The notes: generated by a model from the sequence alone, not told the origin. A stretch of 63,503 bases of DNA, filler included, from Octopus bimaculoides (GCF_001194135.2; 4 parts of 3 records of this genome joined end to end with filler, not necessarily neighbours in it); one strand, 5' to 3'. Counted from the first letter of the whole stretch, positions 13,258 to 25,454 are shown. Numbers and translations: made by a program.

Positions 13258-14072
13258 NNNNNNNNNNNNNNNNNNNNNNNNNNNNNNNNNNNNNNNNNNN
13301 NNNNNNNNNNNNNNNNNNNNNNNNNNNNNNNNNNNNNNNNNNNNNNNNNNNNNNNNNNNNNNNNNNNNNNNNNNNNNNNNNNNNNNNNNNNNNNNNNNNN
13401 NNNNNNNNNNNNNNNNNNNNNNNNNNNNNNNNNNNNNNNNNNNNNNNNNNNNNNNNNNNNNNNNNNNNNNNNNNNNNNNNNNNNNNNNNNNNNNNNNNNN
13501 NNNNNNNNNNNNNNNNNNNNNNNNNNNNNNNNNNNNNNNNNNNNNNNNNNNNNNNNNNNNNNNNNNNNNNNNNNNNNNNNNNNNNNNNNNNNNNNNNNNN
13601 NNNNNNNNNNNNNNNNNNNNNNNNNNNNNNNNNNNNNNNNNNNNNNNNNNNNNNNNNNNNNNNNNNNNNNNNNNNNNNNNNNNNNNNNNNNNNNNNNNNN
13701 NNNNNNNNNNNNNNNNNNNNNNNNNNNNNNNNNNNNNNNNNNNNNNNNNNNNNNNNNNNNNNNNNNNNNNNNNNNNNNNNNNNNNNNNNNNNNNNNNNNN
13801 NNNNNNNNNNNNNNNNNNNNNNNNNNNNNNNNNNNNNNNNNNNNNNNNNNNNNNNNNNNNNNNNNNNNNNNNNNNNNNNNNNNNNNNNNNNNNNNNNNNN
13901 NNNNNNNNNNNNNNNNNNNNNNNNNNNNNNNNNNNNNNNNNNNNNNNNNNNNNNNNNNNNNNNNNNNNNNNNNNNNNNNNNNNNNNNNNNNNNNNNNNNN
14001 NNNNNNNNNNNNNNNNNNNNNNNNNNNNNNNNNNNNNNNNNNNNNNNNNNNNNNNNNNNNNNNNNNNNNGCG

Positions 14073-14119
<47 letters not shown>

Positions 14120-14699
14120 GTTAACTGTTTCGGATTGAACATCGTAGAATTAGCCGGAATTCGCTTCATGATTATTGAAATTTTCTTGGGGGATGGCATG
14201 ATTATCTCTAAGATATTATCAGAATTTAAAAAGACCAACGGCTCTTAGTCTTCTTCTGCCAACACCACATCCCGCTGCGAAAATGTCTTCGAACTATATG
14301 GTGTTTCTATTTTTTTTTTTGTCTTTTACAAATTTCTGATACTATCAGTCAATATAAACTCATTTTAGAATTGTTACCATTTTCGGCGACTGGGTGGGAT
14401 TGCATGGAGTTGGTACAGATAACACGAGTATCTCGTTCGATTCTCTAACAATTCGCCAATTCATCGTCATGGACTGGTAGTTTTTTATTCACCTCCAAAG
14501 GAAGAAAGCGAAATTGATCTCGGCGAGGTTTAAACTCAAATTTTAGAACACATATTGCAATGCATTTTACCCAACAATCTATCAACTTTGCTATTTCACC
14601 CACTTTATCAATATTAATGAGAAACATAATTAAACTTTGCCTTCATACAACCCTTTTTTTCAGCAATGAATTTTCACAAGTTTTAAAAGTTAGAAAATG

Positions 14700-15730
14700 G
14701 CAATACCTCCGCCATATTCTTCATGAAGCTTTTGTTATTCTTGCAGATCGTGAATCTCATTATTCTGATCGAACCACTCTTAGTGTTTCTGTTTTCAAAT
14801 GTCCAGAATTTCCTAAGATGCGTTGTACATATTTTATTTGAAAGCATCTCAGGTATTCGTATGGTCTAAGGGTTTGAGATTGTCAATGGTGATATCACCA
14901 AATTATGCATTCCTTTTCACTGGAGTGCGGCCATATCAAGATTATTAAGTATAATGGTTTTGCGCTTACACTTAGAGTACATGCTAAGCCTTAAACTAGG
15001 CTCTGACTAATTGATGACCAGTCTAGTACTCAGAACTTCTCATGACTTCCACTGTTTCCATATGCTGTAGACAAATCATTCTAGTGATAACTAAGTCAAA
15101 CATAAGCTAATGCTTTGAACATGGGTGCATCCATGTGTCTTTGTATTTGATTTTTTGACGAAAGAGTTGCCAATAGTTAGGTTATATCTATTTCTTAATA
15201 GCACGAGATGCTGTCTATTGTTGTTGTTGGTCTACCACGACCATATTTTCCAGGGCAATGCCAAATATCAGGATCAGCGCTTACTCTAGCATTAAAGTTT
15301 CCCATGAGAAATATTTTGTCATTTTTCCGACAATCAAAGAACAACTTTCTCTTAACAGTGCAGAACTGTAATCTATCATCCTCAGAATGTGTCCTTATGG
15401 GAGTATGTACCCTGATCATTGTAGCGTATCTTCCTGTATCCAATGGTAGTCAAGGACTTATTCTATCTGATGTACCAAAAGGTAGTTTTTGAGCTTAACA
15501 GAAAATCCTACACAATACTCCCTGTACTCTTTCTCTGCTTTCTTTTCCAAAAGAATGTATAACCTGCATTGACTTGGTCATATGCCGTTCTGTAGCAAAA
15601 CGTGTTTATGGAGGCGTTTTAATATCAATGTCATACCTACTTAACTCCTCTGCAAGAAGTGAAGTCCCCCTTCCCGGTCTATTTTTACTTCCTGAGCAAA
15701 GTAAGCTGCGAATATTCTAGCCTCCGACCT
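14700..15730 (-). mobile_element. RTE-clade LINE remnant (AP endonuclease domain and linker)
   Basis: G*NIRSLL...NRPGRGTSLLAEELSRYDIDI, AGYTFFW, RYATMIRVHTP, IFLMGNFNARV and KH*EWFDQNNEIHDL motifs, with stops and frameshifts. Confidence 0.88.
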
Positions 15731-16856
15731 TCATATATATGCTTTTGATGTATCTGCATATTTTTGTTAGTGCTGCTTTTCTTCTCTTTGCTTTTTTTAC
15801 TCTTAAATACGAATAACCATTAGCTGCGACGTGGTTAGTTTAAAATGAGGTAGACATTTACTTAGGACACAATTTGGAGTTCCCTTAATAGACTGCATAG
15901 GCGTCAAGTGTGCTAGTGAGCTGCGGTCACCACCTCCTTTGACTTTCAAAATGACATTATGATTCGAATTTGCTGGTTTGCAGCTATATAGATTCAATCT
16001 GTTAAGACCGTATGTATCTCCGTTTCCTCCACCACCACTAGACTTTCAAGACGAAACATAATTATTCTGATGGTAATCATTCATTTTCAAGATATCTTGT
16101 GCGTGTGTACATTTCGTGTGCATAAGCCCTGCGCAACACCATATCCACTTTCTAAATGATGCAAAGCTTACACATGGCACAAATACACGAGACGACTGGC
16201 ATTTAGAACACATTCATCTTTTTCTTTCTTAATTTTTCTTCTCACTATCATCCTCAGCATACTTGAGCAGATGAGCTCTTTAGATGACAATAAAATTCCC
16301 GACACTACAGTACTCTTTGCTGTGATGCTTATCTGTTGATATATGCCTCTTGAGTTACTGCTATCCATAGAAAAGTAGGATTTGTAATTAAAGCTACCTC
16401 ATGAAGGATGTGTTCTTCAATCACGCACAGTAATCCTTTCTGTTGAGAGGCTAGGCATTCTTCCTTTGACTCCAGCACACATGACACCTCCGGCTCCCAC
16501 ACTTCTGGTAGAACTTCCATGTAAGTTATCCATCAAAGGGTTGCTTATCCATCAAAGGTTTGCTTCACACAGCACTGACTACTTTACTGAGCACTCTCCA
16601 TCTCTGGCTCCCAGAGTCCAGGTAGAACTGAAGAGTAAAAAGTGTTTCTGACTAAGCTAAAATTGGAAAATATAGAAAATTTACATGAAATATATGAATA
16701 TACAAGAATATAAAACAATGTATGCATATATACAAAATGTTGAGTGGCTGTTGACTCTCATAAGTTCCTTCGCTCTTTGACTACTTTTGTTTTCGTCTCG
16801 CAGTGCTCGAAAATTACACTCCTCAACAAGCCAACTTGATGGGGCTGCCAGTCGAG

Positions 16857-16912
16857 TCACCGACGACCTAACCATGTAACACGTTGTACTGGATTATATG
16901 TTACCAGTAGCG
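16857..16912 (-). CDS. Candidate terminal exon of a small secreted/amidated peptide precursor: (A)LLVTYNPVQRVTWLGRR*
   Basis: Acceptor atttctcgttcttAG (AG at 16914-16913); phase 1 matches the upstream exon; ends G-R-R-TGA, an amidation/cleavage signal. Confidence 0.55.
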
Positions 16913-17067
16913 CTAAGAACGAGAAATCTAACACACCCACATACATACACACATATGCATATGTATATGCAAATATATATAGACAACAGATGAGATCCAG
17001 AGATTGTCAATATAGAAAACATTTTGTAGCGTTCAAATGATTTGAGCTTACACTCCAAAAACCTTAC

Positions 17068-17131
17068 CGTGGACCAAGTCCGCGAGGTAAAGAGAGACTA
17101 TCAGAAGAATCCAGGTGAGCAGATATGGAGA
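17068..17131 (-). CDS. Candidate signal-peptide exon SPYLLTWILLIVSLYLADLVH
   Basis: Acceptor ttttatttgtttatttgcatcatAG; donor CG|GTAAGG (phase 1); 64 nt with a strongly hydrophobic open frame. Confidence 0.55.
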
Positions 17132-17336
17132 CTATGATGCAAATAAACAAATAAAATTGCTTGGGTTTGGTGTACAATATATATATACACACATGTATGC
17201 TTGTAAATAGAGAGAAAGAAAATTTTCATTCGATGAATATTCAAGTATAAATATATAGATATTTTAAATTAACAGAACAAACTTACACAGAGTACAAAGG
17301 CACAAAAAATAAACGGGAGAATATATGGTCTTACAA

Positions 17337-17380
17337 GTCCGACAGCTGTTTCTGAGGTCTCGGAGTCACTTCATAGTTTT
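17337..17380 (-). ncRNA. Degenerate hammerhead motif at a Penelope-type element end
   Basis: Minus strand CTATGAAG-TGA...TCA-GAAAC-AGCT-GTC: canonical GAAAC/GTC with a palindromic AGCT loop; core and stem I decayed. Confidence 0.45.
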
Positions 17381-17808
17381 GGCAGAGGTAGTTCACCAGA
17401 ATATGCGACTAATAATGGCAACAAACAAATAATGGAAAGATCCGATCCCCGTCTTCAGTGAGTTCATTTGTTTATTTGTATCATTGTCTCTCTATATGTA
17501 TATATTGTGTCTACAAGTGGTCGGGCGAACTATACAATATATGCTATGGATTTTGAAATTTGGCAATCCTCTGTTCAAACAAGATGACATGTTCATTTGA
17601 GTATTTGTAGTCTGATTCTCACTGCTCCTTTTAAAATTATTGTATAGTTCCATAAGTTGATGATCGATTACGTAAAATTACGTGAAAATAATCAATTAGG
17701 CGAAACTAAAAGTAACTGTTTGTGAAGATCCTCAGTTCGAATTAAACACTATAATTTCCTGTAACTATGGTATTCTGGTTTAATTTTCTCCGCCTTCAAG
17801 ATGTGATT

Positions 17809-17847
<39 letters not shown>

Positions 17848-18157
17848 TGGATGCATATATGTACGTATGCATATGCGTGTGTGAGTGAAATATAAAATAA
17901 ATTTAAGAAAAAACAATACACAAGATAAATTTGAGTAGTTAGGTGGTAGTGAAAGATCTTAGGAATAGTGCGAAGGTGAGAGGGGCAAGTTTCCCCATAC
18001 ATTGATGGAACAGTCTTTTAAAACTTTCAAATTAACGTTTGGAAAGGACACAGAAAACAGTTTGTGCAGCAGGTATTTATAGAAGCTCGATTTTTCTGTA
18101 AAAGCGATCTACTTTTCTTGAATAATTCAGAATTTCAATTTCCTTATACTTATTTAC

Positions 18158-18166
18158 ATTGTTCAT
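18158..18166 (-). CDS. Possible initiator segment ATG AAC AAT (MNN) of the peptide precursor
   Basis: ATG AAC AAT|GTAAAT is a phase-0 donor in frame with the 17131 exon; only one of several possible upstream exons. Confidence 0.25.
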
Positions 18167-18784
18167 CCCATGAGTATTGAGCTAAATGTAATGGTAATAT
18201 TCATGGAAATCGATTTTTATTTCATACTCTATCTTCTCCCGAATGATGATTGCACCAAGTGTCTTAAACTGTCACATGCAATTTTAAGATACATTATTAA
18301 AGACGTCAAGGAGTTATGTTTTTCCGTGTCTTTTCCTCTAGCAAATAAAAGGATTGTTTAATACCTTTTTACATTCTATCCCGTGTCATATAAAACAAGC
18401 AACACCAATATTATCGATGGGAGAAACTTTCCTTAAATAATTTAAAGGTAAGCATTTCATCAAACGAACGTAATTTCTTTAGAACGATTTATAATATTTT
18501 ATTTATTGGATTTGTTTTTCTCGGATTTCTATTAATACAAGTCAAGAAAATATCAGTAAAAGTCACGTAAATATCTTATAGAATATCTTTTCTGAGATCC
18601 TCTAAAATAATTGTTGTATACCAGTGATAGACACAAAATAATTTAGTTTCGTTTTGAATCACGGTTTTTTCTTCTTTCTTTTTTTTTTTCTTGAATGTGC
18701 TTTTCTTGAGCTATAATGTCCCTATATTTTGTTTTGCTTTGATTTACCTATAAAAACTGTTGATTTTTTAATAACTAGTTAACG

Positions 18785-18834
<50 letters not shown>

Positions 18835-18835
18835 T

Positions 18836-19220
18836 CTTTTATTCTTTTACTTGTTTCAGTCATTTGACTGCGGCCATGCTGGACAACCGCCTTTAGTCGA
18901 ACAAATCGACCCCAGGACTTATTCTTTGTAAGCCTAGTACTTATTTTATCAGTCACTTCTGCTGAACCACTAAGTTACGGGGACATAGACACACCAACAT
19001 CGGTTGTCAAGTGATGGTGGGGGGAGACAAACACGCACACACACGCATATATACGACCGGTTTTTTTCAGTTTACGTCTACCTAATCCACTCACAAGGCT
19101 TTGGTCGGCCCGAGGCTATAGTAGAAGACAATTGCCCAAAGTGCCACGCAGTGGGATTCAACCTGGAACCATGTGGTTGGGAAGCAAGCTTCTTACTACA
19201 CAGCCACTCCTGCGCCTATA
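18836..19220 (-). mobile_element. Composite SINE (family B head + internal microsatellite + family C tail)
   Basis: tRNA-like head, internal (TA/TG)n, then gtttgtcccc..cc.tc.cttgacaaccgatgttggt...gactgaaacaagtaaaagaataaaaga. Same layout at 46095-46478 (+) and 57040-57420 (-); halves at 23575-23735, 28955-29103, 33695-33800, 34010-34180, 35532-35730, 36455-36592, 38690-38905 and 45481-45650. Confidence 0.88.
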
Positions 19221-22149
19221 TATTTGTGCGGGTAAATATTCAAGCTGAGATAGACTAGTTTAATGATATTCCTAACAAAGTAAGTACTAGCATCATGCAA
19301 TTTGATATTACTAATTATTTCGCATCTACCCTTACAACATAGCGAACAAGACTAACTACATAAACAAACTATTCAGTAACACCCACCTGTTGCATTACCT
19401 CCTAATAAACATTGTAATTGATACATTCATTGCATGTCTACATGAAATTTGTTTTGTTTTTGCTCATGTTGTTACTTTTATATATTTTAAAAAGAATTTT
19501 CTTTGCAGAATTAACAAACTTAATTAACTTTGGAGCTATCAAATGTATTTAATGCTTTTATGTGTTATTTTATATTTTTGATTAATTAATATTTTGTTGG
19601 ATTCTTATATGCAATAGATGGTTAATCCCACGAGTACCCCTAATAGGGAAGCTGGCAGAATTGCTTAGCGAGGAAAATGCTTAGCGGCATTTCGTCCGTT
19701 TTTACATTCTGAGTTGAATTTCCTCTGAGATGGACTTTGCCTTTCATCCTTTCGTAGTCTATAAAATAAGCACCAATTTCGCATTGGAATCGATGTAATC
19801 GATTAGCCACAACTCCTCACAAATTCCAGGCCTTGTACCTATGATAGAAAGAAAGATTACTTATTTGCTTTGTATTTTTTAAAATTTTGTTTTTTATTTT
19901 TGTACTTTTATCAAAAGCGTATATGTAGTTAGTAATTTAACGTTCATACGATCCATTTTGAAAATAATTACTTTATATAATACGTTTTCATAATTTTATC
20001 CTGCATTCATCTATAACATGCGTTATAAGTCACTTGAGATACTTATTTTCTTACATCTGGCAGTTAATCATATAACCTCTTAACTCTTGTTATATCCTAC
20101 TGTGAATTGAATGAATAATACTTGTGGTGTACTGGGATGTACATCATCAATAAAGGGATGTATTCCAGAACAGTGTTTAGAATTTTCGAAGGTTTCCGTC
20201 TTAGTTATGTGGAATGAGGGATAGTGTCAGTAGCAGTAGTAGTAGTAGAGAACTGTCAGTGTGTATAGAGGTGACTGGAGGTGTTGAAGTGTGCGTAAAA
20301 TACTGAGCTCTTCGTATCTCTAGTTCGCTTTTCGTTTTTAGTATTTTGCTTAGTTATGCAGATGGGCTACATAGAAATTGTGATAATGCACAGAACATGT
20401 TTAAATACTCTTTTACGTCATCTTTATTTACCGTTCCATTGATCTTTTTCTGTTTGATTCTGTATTGATACCAACATAGTCGCACATCAAATAAACTCAT
20501 CTTCGTTTTTGACCGCTGGATGTTAAAATTTTGTATAATGTTCTAGAAAACATGTCAGTTTGAACTAAGCCTTAACGATAATGATTTTTTTCTTTTAAGT
20601 TTTTCTAAATTGTGTTTTCTTGTTATGTTACTATGTTGCCTTTTGTATTGACGTACATAATATATGCTATTTATCTTAATCTATAGTTACTCTGACCTTT
20701 GATAGAATACAATGATACATTGAAGTACGTGCTCAGCTGTAAGTTTATAGCACTTTAATCAATGAAATTACACTAGATATATAAAGTATTGAATCCTTTA
20801 TTGAGCTGTAGTTTCCTTGTTCTTCATCCATGAATTTCGATTGTTAATTGAGCTTGTACTGAATGTTGTAGAGAATAAATTCTTGATACATTGAAATATT
20901 CCTTATTACCAAAGTACCCCTATCCAAAGTATTCCACGTCCAAAAATGTAATTTATTATTTCTCTCTCTTAAGGTGGCGAGATGGCAGAATCGTTAGCAC
21001 GCCAGACAAAATGCTTAGCAGCATTTCGCCCGTCTTTACGTTCTGAGTTCTCTTTCCGATATAGTCGACTTTTCCTTTTATCCTTTCGGAGTCGATAAAG
21101 TAAGTACCAATTGATCATAGGGGTCGATGTAATCGACATACCCCTCTCCCGAAATTGCTGGCCTTGTGCCAAAATTTGAAAGCATTATTTATCTCTATCA
21201 AGGTGTGCAAAAGGAGATCGACAGGCAAGGTAGGTCAGAACCACGATGAATATGTAAATTAAGAACCCGAAAGACATTTCCATTGTTGTATCCTGCGTTT
21301 AAACGAAGATCAAATTGTTCTCTCCTTACTCGGCAGATCCACTAGAGAATTTCTTAATGAAATACTTGGGTATCGCCAACAGTTGTTGTGAGGTTTGTAC
21401 ATTCCGTATCTAGCTGAAAGGAAAACCCAATAAATTAAATTCAGTAACTATATTCAGAATGTAATTCGCACGACAATCAGTTCACCTCATCTGTTAGTTA
21501 TTCAAATTCCTGCCCATGGTTCTTTGAATTATTTCCATTAGCTCTATTTTGTTAAGAGCACCATTTATCTGCCAACTCACTATCGACATTTAATGATCAT
21601 TCTCTCGCATAGTCGAACTAAAATGGTAGGATATAGATTTCTGTATCAACTAATCATGCATCTGCCTTATATCAAAGCGTCCTATCCTATATCCCTGCGC
21701 TCACTAGAACATTTAAACGATATTTTCTCCTACCGTTCTTTCTACAACGGTTTTTAAAAATTTTTTGATGTTATATTAAATGATCAGTCCAATCGTTTGC
21801 CTGTTGGTGGTTATAAGCTAACGACACGTGTTGTCAACAACAACAACAACTACTACAGCAGCGATATATATAATTCTACAGCTGTTTGCCCTGCAATAAA
21901 GAAAGTTTCTTTATATTTGTCAAGATATCTTAGGACTAACTGGTGAGCACAAAATTTAAAGCAATGGGCCATTAATCAATTATGAATGCATCACCAAGTA
22001 CCTGTCCATACAAGTATTACAACTTTTCATTAACTCCTAAATTTCAAGTCAATTTTCCTCGTTTATTTAATATTTATAGATAGCTATAACACCACTTAAC
22101 TTTTGAATCGTTGTACATTCTGATTACATATGTTGCGTCGATAAAATAA

Positions 22150-22250
22150 ACTTTACTTGGAAATGGATGCGGGGCGTTCAATCAAATAATAATATAAATA
22201 ATATATATATATGCATATACATACATGCATACATACATACATACATATAT

Positions 22251-22295
<45 letters not shown>

Positions 22296-23400
22296 TATAT
22301 ATATATATATATACACACACATATATATATATATATAAATATATATATANNNNNNNNNNNNNNNNNNNNNNNNNNNNNNNNNNNNNNNNNNNNNNNNNNN
22401 NNNNNNNNNNNNNNNNNNNNNNNNNNNNNNNNNNNNNNNNNNNNNNNNNNNNNNNNNNNNNNNNNNNNNNNNNNNNNNNNNNNNNNNNNNNNNNNNNNNN
22501 NNNNNNNNNNNNNNNNNNNNNNNNNNNNNNNNNNNNNNNNNNNNNNNNNNNNNNNNNNNNNNNNNNNNNNNNNNNNNNNNNNNNNNNNNNNNNNNNNNNN
22601 NNNNNNNNNNNNNNNNNNNNNNNNNNNNNNNNNNNNNNNNNNNNNNNNNNNNNNNNNNNNNNNNNNNNNNNNNNNNNNNNNNNNNNNNNNNNNNNNNNNN
22701 NNNNNNNNNNNNNNNNNNNNNNNNNNNNNNNNNNNNNNNNNNNNNNNNNNNNNNNNNNNNNNNNNNNNNNNNNNNNNNNNNNNNNNNNNNNNNNNNNNNN
22801 NNNNNNNNNNNNNNNNNNNNNNNNNNNNNNNNNNNNNNNNNNNNNNNNNNNNNNNNNNNNNNNNNNNNNNNNNNNNNNNNNNNNNNNNNNNNNNNNNNNN
22901 NNNNNNNNNNNNNNNNNNNNNNNNNNNNNNNNNNNNNNNNNNNNNNNNNNNATATATATATATATATATATACATACATATATACGTACAGGACATCAGA
23001 AACAGTACACAACATGAATTACGAAAACAAATAAGTTGAATACGAAAACAATGAGAGAAATAAATGGAAAATAGGACAAGTAACATAAAGAACGACCCTT
23101 CATCAGTTGTCAGCTGCCTATCTACTCCTCATTTCGAGCATTGAACGACAATATGAGTCTTCAAAGGCAGTTGCTCCTACAAGAGCCAAAATAAAATTTT
23201 GGATTTTTATGGAAGGTCAAAGTTGTTAACAAAAACAGGACAATGATGACATACAAGGAAATCGAACGAAAACAAACATGGAGGGTCGTTAGACCAGTAT
23301 AGGTTAGAGTCGCACAAAATGTTTAAGATAAACATACTTCCTTTGAGATGGATACGTGGCGTTCAATCAAATAATAATATAAATAATAGATATATCCATA
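22150..23400. repeat. Two tandem element ends separated by microsatellite and gap
   Basis: gaaatggatgcggggcgttcaatcaaataataatataaataat (about 22160-22205) recurs as gagatggatacgtggcgttcaatcaaataataatataaataat (about 23346-23390), each followed by (TA)n. Confidence 0.7.
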
Positions 23401-23837
23401 TATATATATATNNNNNNNNNNNNNNNNNNNNNNNNNNNNNNNNNNNNNNNNNNNNNNNNNNNNNNNNNNNNNNNNNNNNNNNNNNNNNNNNNNNNNNNNN
23501 NNNNNNNNNNNCACACATAGAACAAAAAACCGGAGGGAAAAGCGTAAACAAACCAAGCCTCACATATAGATATACATATATACGACTGTCTTCTTTCAGT
23601 TTCTGCCTACCAAATTCACTTACAAGGCTTTGGTCGGCCTGAGGCTATAGCAGAAGATAATTGCCTAAGGTACCACGCAGTAAGACTAAACGCGGAACCA
23701 TGTAGTTGAGAAGCATACTTCTTACCACACAGCCACACACATACACATATGTATATATGTATGTATGCATGCATGTATGTATGTATGTATGCACGCAATC
23801 ATAGGTATGTAGATTTCCTATATTTCAGTCACTAGAT

Positions 23838-24214
23838 TGTTGCCAGTCTAGCGTAAAGCCTTGAAAAGTTCATTTGAACAAACAGATTGCAGTATTTATT
23901 AGCAAGTTTGGTACGTTTTACGTCCGATTTTATTTCATAGATTACAACATTTCTGTGGTAGTAGTGTAGCAATTCTGAGTTTCGTTAATAGAGGAGGCTG
24001 AAAAGATTGGTCGTAAGTAGGCTTTACTTTTCTAAGGACGGGGGTGCTGTATTCGTCAGTAGTAGCTGCTGGTCAGCAGACAGCCATGTTTTAAATACCC
24101 TTACCAAGCCACGTTCTCATCCCAAAGCCTCGTTTTCAGTCGGCTGTCGTATTATTAACAATAATGAGTATATCATGTATAGGTATAGTTATAATATCAA
24201 TGATCATTACCACA
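23838..24214 (-). mobile_element. Probable 3' LTR of a Ty3/gypsy element
   Basis: Minus strand purine tract GCGAGGAAGAA directly followed by TG; internal TATTTAAAA and AATAAA; ends ...GGCAACA; adjacent to a gypsy RT fragment. Confidence 0.55.
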
Positions 24215-24329
24215 TTCTTCCTCGCTGAAATATCTGAGTACGACTAGGAAAGTTCGTAAAGTTGATAGGCATCAAAATATAACATGCAGCATTATAATAT
24301 TCCAGACAGTTTACGTCTTTCAACTTCGT

Positions 24330-24940
24330 AAGTTGTATGAGTATAGGTGCTGTTGACCAGCAGAATTGTTCTGGATCTGGTCTGATTACCCTTTTGAGTA
24401 CTTCATAATCCAGGAGAGTGATAGTCCTGGCGGCAATGGCTGTTTTCATATCGTTGAAGGTAAGCCCGTATGTCTTCGCGACTAGTAGGAAACTTTCACA
24501 ATTCTCATCATGTCTTCTGTCGCGTCTACATATCGTGACGTCAACGTAGGCGAATATATCCACTAGCTTTGTTTGTTTGATAAGATTATCAATGATACGT
24601 TGAAAACAAGCTGTATATCTCCGAATGGTATACGACGGAAATGATACAGTTTCTCACATGCTTCGAAGCTGTAAATTTTTTCTCATCTTCGCGAATAGGG
24701 ATTTGATGATAAGCTCTCTTAAGATCGGAATATCTCGAAGCGAGATATTTTCTCAACTAGTTCATCGATACGTGGCACAGGGTAGGTGTTGAGTTGTGTG
24801 TATCGATTGATTGTTTGGCTATAGTCGATTACCATTCGTCTTTTGTATGAGTCATCACTGTTTACTAAAACTTGCGCTCTTCAGAGAGAATGAGATGGTT
24901 CAATGGTTTGTTCTGACAAAAGATGGCCGAATTCACTTTC
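24330..24940 (-). mobile_element. Ty3/gypsy reverse transcriptase remnant
   Basis: EQTIEPSHSL*RAQVLV...KRRMVIDYSQTINRYTQLNTYPVPRIDELVEKI...DLKRAYHQIPIREDEK...FRRIPFG...CFQRIIDNLI...FAYVD(D)VT...IRPDPE. Confidence 0.93.
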
Positions 24941-24997
24941 GGCAAATTTCGGCAAACGTACACGCATACATATATCTGAAATCATAACAGAAATGTT

Positions 24998-25369
24998 ATG
25001 ATTTATACAGAAGGGGGAACATGTAAAGATTCCCATTTAGTGTACGCTGCAGAATGCACGAAACACAACTTGATTTATGTTGGTTATACAACAGAACAAT
25101 TAGACAAAAGGTTTAATGGGCACAGATTCGACATCAGGTACAAGAACAGTAGTTCAACAGAACTTGTTGAACATTTCGTTTCAAGCGGTTGCAATTTTGA
25201 AGAAGACTTGAAAGTGCATATTCTCAAAAAATATTCTGAATCTACCCCACTTTCACTTCTCGGAATGTATGAGGAGAAATATGTTTGCGGGATATTAGCA
25301 TCACGCCCTGGAGGAATGAATAAGATGACAGGAGAGTATCATGAAATTTATGCAAAACTGTTTGATTGA
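24998..25369 (+). CDS. GIY-YIG endonuclease ORF of a Penelope-like element (C-terminal domain, 123 aa)
   Basis: CKDSHLVYAAECTKHNLIYVGYTTEQLDKRFNGH...LVEHF...YEEKY...RPGGMN: VY/YVG hairpin plus R, H, E and N residues all present, no internal stop. Confidence 0.85.
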   Translation: MIYTEGGTCKDSHLVYAAECTKHNLIYVGYTTEQLDKRFNGHRFDIRYKNSSSTELVEHFVSSGCNFEEDLKVHILKKYSESTPLSLLGMYEEKYVCGILASRPGGMNKMTGEYHEIYAKLFD

Positions 25370-25454
25370 ATATTCTTCTTTCTCTCTTTTTCTTTCCTTT
25401 TTTTCTGTCGTCTTCCTTTTTCTATTTTTTCTTTCTTTCTGCCTGTTATAAAAC

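Noticed and set aside
13146-14248. 300+ aa ORFs here and at 22167-23086, 52569-53620, 55477-56543 and 57391-58634
   Set aside because: Made of N gaps plus dinucleotide repeats
16804-16879. Plus-strand exon-like reading ARKLHSSTSQLDGAASRVTDDLTM* or LENYTPQQANLMGLPVESPTT* after a pyrimidine tract + AG
   Set aside because: No recognisable homology and no convincing partner exons; overlaps the better-supported minus-strand peptide model
20100-20700. Possible very old Penelope endonuclease remnant on the minus strand
   Set aside because: Only scattered motif fragments across frames; too decayed to support by eye
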